NCBI GenBank assembly: GCA_016929435.1
Contig: JAFGIV010000006.1
Span: forward strand, 8,071-72,070
Reading direction: 5' to 3'
Source of the DNA: Candidatus Uhrbacteria bacterium
Lineage (GTDB): Bacteria > Patescibacteriota > Patescibacteriia > SG8-24
DNA length: 64,000 bases
Part shown: positions 9,142 to 18,782 of the stretch, piece by piece
How the letters are laid out: the number at the start of each line of letters is the position of its first letter
Numbering within the stretch: the first letter of the stretch is position 1
The notes under the pieces: model-generated
The model's input: the letters and a program-made list of their open reading frames with translations, nothing else
Told to the model about the DNA's origin: nothing
Databases searched by the model: none
Position numbers and translations under genes: made by a program

Positions 9142-9780
9142 ATGCTGCCGCCCGTTTTGGATGGGCAATGTTTGCAAAATAGAAAAAGTTATTTTATCAA
9201 ATTAGGAATAGACACAAATAACATAGTATCAACTAATTTGATACACGAAACCAATGTGGCGGTGGTTGATGAAAAAGACAGGGGTCAAATCCTCCCCAAT
9301 ACCGACGGACTGATGATAACCGCCAAGCAAGGCGTTTTCCTGACGGTAACGGTAGGGGATTGTGTCCCGATATATTTTTTTGATAAAAACAAAAAGGTTA
9401 TTGGTTTAGTACACGCTGGTTGGCGCGGCGTTATAAAAAATATTTCAAAATCATTGATTGATAAAATGGCAAATGAATTTGAGTCAAAATCAGAAGACAT
9501 ATCTGCCCATATTGGTCCCCATTTGCAGAAATGCCATTTCGAAATAAAAGAGGATATTGTGCCGCAATTTGATGGCGAGTTTGTCTTGAGAGAAGACCGC
9601 ATCATGAAAGTTGATTTACGATCCATGATAAAACAACAACTCCTGTCACTTGGCGTAAAATCGGAAAATATAGACTCAAGTGATGGATGTACCTTTTGCG
9701 ACAAGGAAAAATATTTTTCATATCGTAGAGATAAACCAGAAAAAGTGCAGTCAATGATTGCGTATATAGGCATGATATAA
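9142..9780 (+). CDS. pgeF: PgeF/YfiH family purine nucleoside phosphorylase/laccase-domain protein, possibly 5'-truncated
   Basis: DGLMIT, TVGDCVPI, HAGWRG, IGP, CTFC..YFSYRR motifs. AT-rich relative to its flanks. Confidence 0.88.
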   Translation: MLPPVLDGQCLQNRKSYFIKLGIDTNNIVSTNLIHETNVAVVDEKDRGQILPNTDGLMITAKQGVFLTVTVGDCVPIYFFDKNKKVIGLVHAGWRGVIKNISKSLIDKMANEFESKSEDISAHIGPHLQKCHFEIKEDIVPQFDGEFVLREDRIMKVDLRSMIKQQLLSLGVKSENIDSSDGCTFCDKEKYFSYRRDKPEKVQSMIAYIGMI

Positions 9781-9982
9781 TAGGGAATGTTCGTTTTTTG
9801 GCATTCACTCTCGTCCCTCTTCCCGTATGGGGTTTCGGTTTTCTGAAAAACCCGTTCCCCAAACTCTTCCCCGTTACGCCGTGCCGAACCCCCCATGTCC
9901 GCAACATTAGGTGAAATACACGGAAAGTCTTGTCGGTAAGATGCTCAAAAGTAATCAATTTTTCATTTATTATGAACACGAC

Positions 9983-10025
9983 AACAGAAAAAGCCATACC
10001 TTAACGGTATGGTTTTTTCTGGTAG
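9983..10025 (-). repeat. Degenerate copy of the tRNA-Glu 3' end plus terminator (att-like)
   Basis: 37/43 identical to 14149-14191. Confidence 0.8.
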
Positions 10026-10253
10026 GCCAGATACTCGCCCAGTGGAACCAGCTTATCCCGGAGCTTAAGGCTTGGGCGGCGTTTGAGGAGGTTCTTAAAA
10101 ACGAGGCTAGATCTGGGATTTTGGTAGGTGGTTAGAGTCTGACAAGGGGGAGTGGAATCAGTGTCATGAGAGATAGCATGGAACAACTTATTGTAGAAAA
10201 TTTAAAGCACGGACGTGGTAAATGCCCGTGCTTTAAATTTACAGTTCCGCGGT

Positions 10254-11018
10254 CTATGAGCCTGAAGCAAAGATATATAAGTCTGGATTGATATAGATAT
10301 CGTCTGGGGTAACCCAGTAGCCACCGTTGTAATCAATATTTTTGCTAGCGGAGTATTCGTAGCCCTTGTATGGCAATTTACTACAGTACCAGTTACTACT
10401 CGTATATTTGGATGTTGGCGTATAGAATGGCTCGCCAGCTTGATTGCGGATGTAAGTAACCGCACCGTATCGGTTCGAATAAGTCACAGATGGAAACCAG
10501 CCACCTTGTGCAGTATCATAATTGTTTCGGATAGACGATTTTGATTGTCTGCCGACTTTGTCACATACATCCGGTTCAGAACTGCAGATTCCGGAATCAG
10601 GGTATGCGCTCCAGAAAGGTCTTTCTGAAAGGTCATTTGGATCAGATTGATAGGCGCTATCAAAGGTTGCCACATGCTTCCATGTGCATACTACACCGTC
10701 AAAGAATTCGCAGCCTGGATTGGTGACAAATACTATGTCACCGTAATCGAAATAGACAAACGAAATGTTGTTGGTTCCCGTGTTAAGCAAGCTAACATCA
10801 GATTTATTTGGGAGGTTTTTTTGATTGGCTACATACGTAGTGTCATTTTTTAGGTTCAACACCGGAATTTTTGGGATATGTTGTTGCGATTTCATCTTAT
10901 CCATTGCCACACCGTGCTGTATGGCAGCATCTGTCAACTGTGGTGTTTCTTGGGCCATGGCCCCGCTTGAAAGCAAGACGCCAAATGTGATTGAGAGTGC
11001 TATGGCTAATTTTTTCAT
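10254..11018 (-). CDS. Secreted YiiX/YebB-like permuted papain (NlpC/P60) protein
   Basis: Signal peptide ending AMA; GDIV...HVA...WYCSKL...VTPDDI, with His before Cys. Confidence 0.72.
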   Translation of the reverse strand: MKKLAIALSITFGVLLSSGAMAQETPQLTDAAIQHGVAMDKMKSQQHIPKIPVLNLKNDTTYVANQKNLPNKSDVSLLNTGTNNISFVYFDYGDIVFVTNPGCEFFDGVVCTWKHVATFDSAYQSDPNDLSERPFWSAYPDSGICSSEPDVCDKVGRQSKSSIRNNYDTAQGGWFPSVTYSNRYGAVTYIRNQAGEPFYTPTSKYTSSNWYCSKLPYKGYEYSASKNIDYNGGYWVTPDDIYINPDLYIFASGS

Positions 11019-11034
11019 ACTTTTTTGTGAAAAG

Positions 11035-12249
11035 TTAGTTTGTGATAATGGTCGGGTTGCCCTGTAGGTTTATGGTGTTGATATTTTTGAAAGAGCTTAA
11101 TGAGAAAATTTGGATGTCTTCATTTCCTGGTCGAGTTACAAATATCTCATTATTGATGATTATAGCATCTTTTGCCGCAAAGAGATACTGGTCATGAGTA
11201 TCCACGTCGTCAATCAGGTCCCCTGTTTTTTTGTCTATGATGACAATGCCCCCTTTTTCTGTTAACGGGTCACCGGTGCTGTCAGAATATATCATTAGGA
11301 CATAATTTCTGTGAATTAATAATTTTGGATTAGAATGTCTTGGGGTGACAAGGTATTTGGAGTCGTCTTTTATTTTGTTGTAAATAACCAGAACAGTATT
11401 GCCTTTCGGGTAAACAGTTTCTTTAGATATTTTAACATCGTTTTGTTCATTATAGTCACCTATAAACGGCATCCAGTAGGATTCACTTGGCGGATCATAG
11501 GCTATGTCAGCAGGATATACGTCAGCAATTTTTTTAGTAATTAGTAAGTCGATACTGCTGGAAAAATCAGGATAGACAATGGCTACATTGTTGCCCTCGT
11601 TTCCTCCAGATCCATGCATAATTGGTATGTACACTTGGCCGTCATTTAATAGCCGAGGCTTTCTGGGTGATCCCGGCAGGTTTTTGACAGTTTGTATTTC
11701 ATTCGTCTCAGAATCTAGAATTGATATTGCCCACCCGCTGCCATCTTTGTATTCAAATGAATGGACGATGTAAGCATTTCCTTGGTTGTCGAAAGTCATC
11801 TGTTCTGGGAGTGCCTCAGACTGTATTTTTGCTACAATTTTTTCTTCGTTTGGATTGATGATCGCAATATGGGCTGTGATTTTTTTTTTGCTCGACGACT
11901 GTTCTTTTGGCTTGACCGATACGCTTGCGTAGAGATGGCCATTTGGAGCAAAATCTATATCGGCGACGTAGTAGTACTTTGGGTCGGCGATTTGGAGACC
12001 GTGTCCGATCTGCTCTCTGGTTTTTGCATTAAAAAAATATACGAAGTTTTTGTTGACTAAGATTGCAAACTGATTATCATCGCGTTCGATATTTGGCAGG
12101 CGTCCAACATGTTCCAGCCCTAATTCAGCATCGTTATTTTTTGGTGTACGACTCTTGTGGCATATAGCGCCAACAGCACATGTTGCCACGAGTGCGATGA
12201 TTGACACGGTTACCATTGATAATTTTATTTTAGTTCGTGGTGTTTGCAT
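11035..12249 (-). CDS. YncE-like beta-propeller protein, N-terminally anchored
   Basis: Repeated blades such as DIDFAPNGHLY, MTFDNQGNAY, ISILD and DIAYD. Confidence 0.65.
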   Translation of the reverse strand: MQTPRTKIKLSMVTVSIIALVATCAVGAICHKSRTPKNNDAELGLEHVGRLPNIERDDNQFAILVNKNFVYFFNAKTREQIGHGLQIADPKYYYVADIDFAPNGHLYASVSVKPKEQSSSKKKITAHIAIINPNEEKIVAKIQSEALPEQMTFDNQGNAYIVHSFEYKDGSGWAISILDSETNEIQTVKNLPGSPRKPRLLNDGQVYIPIMHGSGGNEGNNVAIVYPDFSSSIDLLITKKIADVYPADIAYDPPSESYWMPFIGDYNEQNDVKISKETVYPKGNTVLVIYNKIKDDSKYLVTPRHSNPKLLIHRNYVLMIYSDSTGDPLTEKGGIVIIDKKTGDLIDDVDTHDQYLFAAKDAIIINNEIFVTRPGNEDIQIFSLSSFKNINTINLQGNPTIITN

Positions 12250-12370
12250 ACTGCATGTAGAAAAGTTGTATTTTTAAATACGTTTCATAGAAATTATATA
12301 TGGTAATGAAAGATAGCAAAAGATTGATATTTTTAGAGCAGGCCGGCTACGCGCCCAGTGGAACACGCTT

Positions 12371-12570
12371 TGGAGTGTCCCCCATACGTTAGACAGACTT
12401 CCCACGGAGAGGGCATAATCAAGAACGTATGGCAAAATACGTAGACAGGGACCTGAAGGAACAGGTTCTCCGGGCCGTCAGGGACGGCATGAAGGTCTCC
12501 TGGGCCAAGGCCAAGTTCGGGGTCAGCGACAACGTCGTGTGCGGCTGGCTCCGGGTCCAGACAGACAAAA
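12371..12570 (+). mobile_element. IS3-family left-end remnant (IRL + truncated OrfA HTH)
   Basis: TGGAGTGTCCCCCATACGTTAGACA end, then from 12429 MAKYVDRDLKEQVLRAVRDGMKVSWAKAKFGVSDNVVCGWLR. Confidence 0.55.
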
Positions 12571-12713
12571 AGCCAGGACCTTGCGGCCCTGGACTGGATT
12601 GAGATCGAGAGGCGCCTGGACAGCCTGCCCCGGAAGTCGCTCGGATACCTTACGCCCAACGAGGCACTGAATCAATACCTGGAGGGTGGTGCAATTAAGG
12701 GTTGAACTTCGGG
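12571..12713 (+). mobile_element. IS30-family right-end remnant
   Basis: Frame reads IERRLDSLPRKSLGYLTPNEAL...GAIKG*, resembling the IS30 C-terminal LNxRPRKxLGYxTP. Confidence 0.65.
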
Positions 12714-12769
12714 AAATCATAGGGTATACTCCTATTAAGGCGTGCGTATTCACAAATTAATATTTTTTT

Positions 12770-14032
12770 ATGTTTTTCATAAGATTAAAAATTGCATCGA
12801 CGGCATTTTCCTTGTTGGCGGTCATGTTGCTTTCGGTTACTTTGGCCGTGCCGACGGCCAAGGCTGACGGGTATGTCAATCTAACCTCACCAAATTATAC
12901 GGAGTATGGCACTACACTGACGGCCGGAGAACACGTTACGGTAAAGTGGGGAAGCGCATTGTCCAGCGTTAGTTTGGTTGACGCAACAGTATGGGTAAAA
13001 GAGTCGACGTCTACCGGTTCAAATGACGTTTTTTATTCTAATATTGCCGTTAACGCACCCCCAACGCATAGCGGCATAACTTGGACGGTTCCTCAGGAGC
13101 TTACCGGAAAGGCCATAGCCTTCCGGGCGGAAACGAAGGATGCCTACGGAAACCATCTTGGATTCTCTCACAGCGATGTCTTCACCGTCATTTCCCAATC
13201 AAATAACCAGAAAACTGTCAGTCATATCAGCATGACGTCTCCATGTCATTCAGGTATTAATTCTCCATTTGTGGTCGGTGATTATGTGCAGATCAAATGG
13301 GGAAATGTATCCTCTGATATCCGTACCGTAGATCTGTCAGTTTGGGCCAAGACCCCGTACGAATCGACGGAACAGCTCTATTCGAACATTCTTCTAAGCG
13401 CCTCTCCAAACCATGGTGGCGTATCGTGGCAAATCAGTCAGGATTTGTCGGGGAAGAACATTTCGTTTAGGGCTAATGGAAAAGACGCCTACGGAAACCT
13501 TTTGGCTTCCGACAGTACTAATGTTTACAGTGTCGTATCCAAACCAGTTGCGACCCAAGCAACAGGGGTAAGCTATCAGAATTGGGTATCTGAACAAGCA
13601 ATGTCTGCCCCTACGATATCAGCCGATAAGGGATTGCCTTCGACTATCGTGTCGGGTTGTACGACCGGAACCCTGTTCAGAATCGCCTCCAACCCAGCAG
13701 TCTATTATTGCGGGACCGACGGAAAGAGGTACGCTTTCCCTGATAGCCACACCTATTTCTCTTGGTACGAGGATTTTTCCGGAGTAATTACGGTGTCCGA
13801 CAAAAGTATCGGAGCGATTCCCTTTGGTGGGGTTGTCTTTATGAAGCCTGGAACTCTGGTTAAGATCGCTTCTGACCCCAAGGTTTACGCTGTTTCCAAG
13901 GGAGGCACCTTGAGGTGGGTCAGGACTGAATCTGTTGCTTCACAGCTGTGTGGCACAAACTGGAATCGCAAGGTTATTGATATCTCACCGGCATTCTTTT
14001 CGAATTACGTAATGGGTGAGACTTTAGAGTAA
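12770..14032 (+). CDS. Secreted surface protein: two Ig-like repeats plus a C-terminal repeat domain
   Basis: Signal peptide ending AKA; duplicated V.W...YSNI...W...L.GK.I.FRA..KDAYGN.L unit; C-terminal GTL.KI..PKVY...LRW repeats. Confidence 0.8.
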   Translation: MFFIRLKIASTAFSLLAVMLLSVTLAVPTAKADGYVNLTSPNYTEYGTTLTAGEHVTVKWGSALSSVSLVDATVWVKESTSTGSNDVFYSNIAVNAPPTHSGITWTVPQELTGKAIAFRAETKDAYGNHLGFSHSDVFTVISQSNNQKTVSHISMTSPCHSGINSPFVVGDYVQIKWGNVSSDIRTVDLSVWAKTPYESTEQLYSNILLSASPNHGGVSWQISQDLSGKNISFRANGKDAYGNLLASDSTNVYSVVSKPVATQATGVSYQNWVSEQAMSAPTISADKGLPSTIVSGCTTGTLFRIASNPAVYYCGTDGKRYAFPDSHTYFSWYEDFSGVITVSDKSIGAIPFGGVVFMKPGTLVKIASDPKVYAVSKGGTLRWVRTESVASQLCGTNWNRKVIDISPAFFSNYVMGETLE

Positions 14033-14185
14033 TTTGCGCCATTGCAGAATCGGGCTTCCTGGCGATCGGTGCAGATGGATTTGCGTATCGGTGTCAGGGA
14101 CCGTTATTACTGACAATTTTTTTGGGGTAGGGAAAGAAAGCTCTTAGAAACAGCAAAAGCCACGCCTTAACGGTGTGGCTTTTGC

Positions 14186-14260
14186 TGGTAGCCCGTAGGG
14201 GAATCGAACCCCTGTTCCCACATTGAAAGCGTGGTGTCCTAACCGTTAGACGAACGGGCC
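14186..14260 (-). tRNA. tRNA-Glu(TTC)
   Basis: GGCCCGT acceptor, anticodon arm CCACG-CTTTCAA-TGTGG, GGTTCGATTCC, encoded CCA. Confidence 0.97.
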
Positions 14261-14345
14261 TTAACGATAGGAATGATATGGGAGAATTCGGGCCGTGTCA
14301 AGCGGTCTGGACGGCGGCCGGGCCACGGTGTAATGTTTCCAGGAT

Positions 14346-15416
14346 ATGAGGATACTGGGAATCGAGACATCCTGCGACGAGTCGGCGGTGGCCCTCCTGG
14401 AGGTCAGGGACGGCCGGACCGTCGGTTTGGAGCACCTGGTGGCCACCCAGGCCATCCACGCCAGGTATGGTGGGGTGGTGCCTGAGGTGGCGGCCCGGGA
14501 GCATTCCGTGACCGTGCCGTTGCTTCTGGAATCCCTGGCCGAGAGGGCGGTCGGCCGGCCGGACGGCCGGGCTTTGGGTCAGGCGGTCGATGTCGTGGCC
14601 GTGGCCAGCGGCCCGGGGCTGGTGACTTCCCTGAAGATCGGCCTGGATCACGGCCGGGTTTTGGCTGCCGCCTGGGACAGGCCCCTTTTTGCCGTCAACC
14701 ACATCGAGGGGCACATCCATTCCAATTGGCTGCCCGGCGCCGAGATGGACGGGGCGTGGGATGCGGACGGGGACATCTTTCCGGCCCTGGTGCTGGTCGT
14801 TTCCGGCGGACACACCGAAATGCTGCTGATGGCCGGACACGGGCAATACCGGCTATTGGGCGCGACTCGGGACGATGCGGCCGGGGAGGCTTTCGACAAG
14901 ACCGCCAAGATGATGGGTTTGGGGTATCCGGGCGGGCCGGCATTGGCCAGGTTGGCCGAAGTCGGGAACCCGAAGGCCTTTGATTTCCCCCGGCCCCTCC
15001 TGGCTGATCCGAGCCGTGACTTCTCGTTTTCTGGGCTGAAGACGGCGGTCCGGTATTTCCTGCGCGACAACGCCTCACGGTCGGGGGAAAGGGTGTTTTT
15101 GGCCGATGTCGCCGCTTCGGTCCAGGCGGCGATCGTCGATGTCCTGGTCGGAAAGGCCGTTCGGGCGGCTGTCGAATCGGGTGTGCGTTCGGTCATGCTG
15201 GCCGGTGGGGTGGCGGCCAATGCCGAATTGCGGCAGCGGCTGCGGGAACGCCTGGGGAAAGAGGCACCGGGAATCCGGACGATCGAGCCGCCCGTCGGGT
15301 ATTGTACCGATAATGCGGCCATGGTCGCCGCTGCCGCCTATTTTCAGGCCAAAAGCCGCCCGGCTGACGACTGGAGGATGGTTCAGGCCGACCCGCATTG
15401 GGAGATCGGACGCTGA
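14346..15416 (+). CDS. tsaD: tRNA N6-threonylcarbamoyltransferase TsaD
   Basis: LGIETSCDE, GGVVPEVAAREH, HIEGH, SGGHT, DDAAGEAFDK, TDNAAM. Confidence 0.97.
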   Translation: MRILGIETSCDESAVALLEVRDGRTVGLEHLVATQAIHARYGGVVPEVAAREHSVTVPLLLESLAERAVGRPDGRALGQAVDVVAVASGPGLVTSLKIGLDHGRVLAAAWDRPLFAVNHIEGHIHSNWLPGAEMDGAWDADGDIFPALVLVVSGGHTEMLLMAGHGQYRLLGATRDDAAGEAFDKTAKMMGLGYPGGPALARLAEVGNPKAFDFPRPLLADPSRDFSFSGLKTAVRYFLRDNASRSGERVFLADVAASVQAAIVDVLVGKAVRAAVESGVRSVMLAGGVAANAELRQRLRERLGKEAPGIRTIEPPVGYCTDNAAMVAAAAYFQAKSRPADDWRMVQADPHWEIGR

Positions 15417-15435
15417 CCCGTTTGGGTATCTGGAT

Positions 15436-15900
15436 ATGGAGAGGGGAAAGACGGTCAGAATCGCCGATTTGGACGGTTTGGGGAGCTTCGCCGCGGAGGT
15501 TTCCTGCCGCTTGAGGGGCGGGGAGACAATCGGGCTGGTCGGGGATTTGGGGGCCGGAAAGACGGCTTTCGTCCAGATGCTGGCCAGGGCCATGGGGATC
15601 ACGGAAGCCGTGCGCAGTCCGACCTTTACCCTCATGCAGTGCTATGGGGTGGGGGAGGAATACTCCCGCCGGACCGGGATCGGGGAGCTTTGCCACATCG
15701 ATGCCTACCGCCTGGAGACGGCGGACGGCCTGTATGCCATAGGATTCGGCGACTATGCCGGGCGGAAGGACGCCGTGACGGTCATCGAGTGGGCTGACCG
15801 GGTGGAACCCGTCTCAAGGTTGGGGGGCTACCGCAGGATCGGTTTTGGTTTCGGTCAGGACGGCAGCCGCATTTTGACGGTTGATCCCGGCTTATTGTGA
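15436..15900 (+). CDS. tsaE: tRNA threonylcarbamoyladenosine ATPase TsaE
   Basis: GDLGAGKT, SPTF, HIDAYRL, IEWAD; directly follows tsaD. Confidence 0.95.
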   Translation: MERGKTVRIADLDGLGSFAAEVSCRLRGGETIGLVGDLGAGKTAFVQMLARAMGITEAVRSPTFTLMQCYGVGEEYSRRTGIGELCHIDAYRLETADGLYAIGFGDYAGRKDAVTVIEWADRVEPVSRLGGYRRIGFGFGQDGSRILTVDPGLL

Positions 15901-15998
15901 CCATAATAAAAAATGGCTAAAACAAGCCATTTTTTATTTACGGGCAAATTTACGGCAAAACCCTTGACAGGTTTTCTGATTCGTGATAAATTAATCTC

Positions 15999-16156
15999 TT
16001 CCCTGATGGGGATGTTGATAACCCGAGGGACGAAACGTCTCGCGAAATCGCGCTCACGACAAGCATGGGGGTTGCGTCTAAGGTCATTCCGGCTTAGGCT
16101 CGAATGTTTCTTAGAACGGCCTTCTTGGGCGCGATGTCACGGGGCGTTTTTTTTTT
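15999..16156 (+). ncRNA. Candidate stand-alone structured small RNA (possibly 6S-like)
   Basis: TTGACA(15964)-17-TAAATT promoter, nested long-range pairings, ends in a run of 10 T, no gene downstream on this strand. Confidence 0.4.
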
Positions 16157-16297
16157 GGGTTTTAGACTTTTCGCATCGGTTTTAGTTTATTCAAGCCCTG
16201 AAAATTGGGGCTTGTTTTATATAAATTAATCCTTTTCAACATAAATCCCCCGGATGGGGGATGAACGTGCGGCACCCGGCCAGAGTGTTCTTTCGGG

Positions 16298-18232
16298 TCA
16301 TTCCCCGGCCGCCCCGGAGGCGTCGGCCGATATGGCCGTACCTGAACCGGAATTTTCAGGAAGCGGCGGGGCGTTCGGGTCAATGCCGATCAGGCAGACC
16401 TCGCCCCAGGGGCGGTAAAGGCTGTAGAAGGCCTGTTTTTCCTCCCGGCCGTCCGGATAGGTGACGGTGTAGTCGAACGACGCCTTGGCTCCGGCATGGG
16501 GGGATTCCGTGCATTTCTCGACCCCCGGAGCCAGGTCCGCGCTGGGGACGAGTTTTTTCTCCGGCGGCGGGGTGATGTCCCAAACGCTGACCTTCCCCTG
16601 TTCGGCCACCCGCCCGTCACTGACCCCCCAGAACGTGAAGGTCAGCCGGTTGCCGTCGATGGCGGTCATGATGACGATGGCGTGCCCGGTGTCGTTTTTG
16701 AACTTCAGGTCCGGACTGGGGTCGTAGATGGTGGCGTCCTTCCCCGGGCCCACGTATTTGCCGTCCCCGTCCAGCTCGTAATAGGAGACGCGGTAGGAAT
16801 GGTTGCGTCGTTCGGTGATCGGCAGTCCGGAAGCCAGGGCCACCCTGAAGGCGGTTGTCCCTATCTGGCACAGCCCGCCGCCGTATTCCGGGACCGTCCG
16901 GTTGTCCTTAATGACCAGTTCCTGTTTGTAGCCGTGTTCCCCGTCAATGGACCCCAGGGCCTTTACCAGGGAGAATTCCGTGTTTGGCGGGACTACCAGG
17001 CCGTTCAGGCTGGCGGCCCCGACGGCGATGTTTGACCGCCGGTTGGCCGGGCTGCCGCGGAAGTTGCTTTCCCCCACCCCGATGATCTCCCTGATCCCGT
17101 AGGGGTTGGACTTTTCGGTGGTGATTTCCGGCTCAACCGAAATTATGGGCAATTCGATCCGTTCCGGCGGCTTTTCCGGGCCGAAAACGGCGGCTTCCAG
17201 GGCCCTGACGGCCCCATCGATGTCCAACCTTTCCCCGTTTTTGTGGGGTTCGATGCGGATCACCCGTCCGTCCGTCATTTCGAATATCGCATCGGTCGGC
17301 GGAACCGCAAATTCCGGGGCCTTCGATTCCAGGTATTTCCTTATGGCCGAATCGCTGAACCCCAAACCGGTTGTCCCGTCCTCCCGTGAAACGACATCCA
17401 GCCAACCGGCCAATTGGCTGCGGGAAACCGACCATACGGCCGTTTTGGCGGTTAAGGTCAGGGGGGCGCGGGCCATGGCCCCGTCAACGTCCCCAACGGC
17501 CCTTTCCGCCTCGGGTAGGGTTATCTTCGGCTGGTCATAACGGATTGCCATCGCGATCGGTTCGGAGGACAGCCTGTTCAGCCTTGAAAGGGCGGCGGTT
17601 ACGGCATGTTCGGTGTCCAGGTTGGTCCCGGGCCTTTCGGGAACCGTTTCCTTTCGGATTGACCCGTTACCTTCGACGCTTACCTTGACTTGGGCGTTGA
17701 CGGCCGGGTAGAATATTCCGGCAAAAGCGGTCTCCAGCTCGTTTTTCAGGGCACCTTCGTCCAGTCTGAAGTCCATTTCGATTCGGTGGCCCATCAGGTA
17801 GGCGACCGCCCTTTCCATGGCCGATTTCGCCTTTCCCGGTTTTCTTCCCACCGCAAAGGCTTCCCGGACCGCCTTTTCCGAATCTGCCGCGGCTATCGCT
17901 CGGCCGTTTCTTCCGGCCGAAAGGGGCTTGATGTCTGCCGTGAGGCCATTGGCCCGGAACTGAAGGCTGTAATCCGCCAGGACGGAACCCAATCTTTCGG
18001 TCGCCTCGGTCTGGGTCATTCCCCCGACAGGCACTGTCCCTATGGTGACCCCGTCGGAGATCCGGCCGGCGGCCGCTCCGGATACGAATCCGATCACGCC
18101 CATGCCCCCGACCGCCAGGACCAGCAGGAAAAGGGCCATCCCGCGCAGGGACAGGAAATTTTTCAGGCGGAATTCCCGTTTTACGGCGGCCTTCTTGGCT
18201 TTCATCAGGTTTTGCCTTTTGGGTGCGGTCAT
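16298..18232 (-). CDS. VanW family protein with peptidoglycan-binding repeats
   Basis: N-terminal TM; NRRSNI, GGGLCQIGTT, ERRNHS, DATIY, DLKFKN. Confidence 0.92.
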   Translation of the reverse strand: MTAPKRQNLMKAKKAAVKREFRLKNFLSLRGMALFLLVLAVGGMGVIGFVSGAAAGRISDGVTIGTVPVGGMTQTEATERLGSVLADYSLQFRANGLTADIKPLSAGRNGRAIAAADSEKAVREAFAVGRKPGKAKSAMERAVAYLMGHRIEMDFRLDEGALKNELETAFAGIFYPAVNAQVKVSVEGNGSIRKETVPERPGTNLDTEHAVTAALSRLNRLSSEPIAMAIRYDQPKITLPEAERAVGDVDGAMARAPLTLTAKTAVWSVSRSQLAGWLDVVSREDGTTGLGFSDSAIRKYLESKAPEFAVPPTDAIFEMTDGRVIRIEPHKNGERLDIDGAVRALEAAVFGPEKPPERIELPIISVEPEITTEKSNPYGIREIIGVGESNFRGSPANRRSNIAVGAASLNGLVVPPNTEFSLVKALGSIDGEHGYKQELVIKDNRTVPEYGGGLCQIGTTAFRVALASGLPITERRNHSYRVSYYELDGDGKYVGPGKDATIYDPSPDLKFKNDTGHAIVIMTAIDGNRLTFTFWGVSDGRVAEQGKVSVWDITPPPEKKLVPSADLAPGVEKCTESPHAGAKASFDYTVTYPDGREEKQAFYSLYRPWGEVCLIGIDPNAPPLPENSGSGTAISADASGAAGE

Positions 18233-18236
18233 TGGA

Positions 18237-18680
18237 CTATCTTTCCTGCACCTTGATTTTCCGGTCCCGGACCGCCTTGGGCATCCTGACTGTCAGGATG
18301 CCGTCCTTCAGCTCGGCCCGGATCCGATCCGGATCGACTTCGGTCGGCAGGATCAGGGATCGGGAAAAGCCACCCCAGTGGCATTCCCGCACCAGCCAGC
18401 GCCCCTCTGCGGTTTCCCCGACCTGTTTCCGCTGCCCGCGGATGGTCAGGAGGTCGTTATGGACCGAAACCTCCAGGTCCTCAGGTCGGACCCCGGCGAT
18501 GGCCGAGCGGATGACGATCTCCCCGTCCGTCTCCAGGACATCCACGGATAGCTGTCCGTCCTCGTCGATCCAGGATTCCACGTCGGTCCCGGGGAACAGG
18601 GACAGGCCGTTTTCCTCCCGTGACGGGCCACTCGGTACGGGTTTTCGGGAATCCGGTCTATTGGTTGATTGCTTTTTCAT
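18237..18680 (-). CDS. Hsp20/alpha-crystallin small heat-shock protein
   Basis: VDVLET, LLTIRGQR, ECHWGGFSRSLILP, AELKDGILTV.MPK. Confidence 0.93.
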   Translation of the reverse strand: MKKQSTNRPDSRKPVPSGPSREENGLSLFPGTDVESWIDEDGQLSVDVLETDGEIVIRSAIAGVRPEDLEVSVHNDLLTIRGQRKQVGETAEGRWLVRECHWGGFSRSLILPTEVDPDRIRAELKDGILTVRMPKAVRDRKIKVQER

Positions 18681-18782
18681 ACCTGTCAAGTTTAAGCCGG
18701 ATTCAGTATACCATATTCCGGATTCGGTCGGGATGGAGTTTCGTTTAAAAAACCAACCCCGATCGGGGTTGGTCGAGAGACG

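Larger units (their letters stand above)
10026..14148. mobile_element. AT-rich genomic island at the tRNA-Glu 3' end; no integrase seen
   Basis: Bounded by the 43-bp repeat pair, sharp drop in GC content, contains IS remnants. Confidence 0.7.

Noticed and set aside
16001-16040. Possible hammerhead ribozyme (CTGATG...CGAAAC)
   Set aside because: The core reads CTGATGG rather than CTGATGA, and stems I and III could not be built convincingly.
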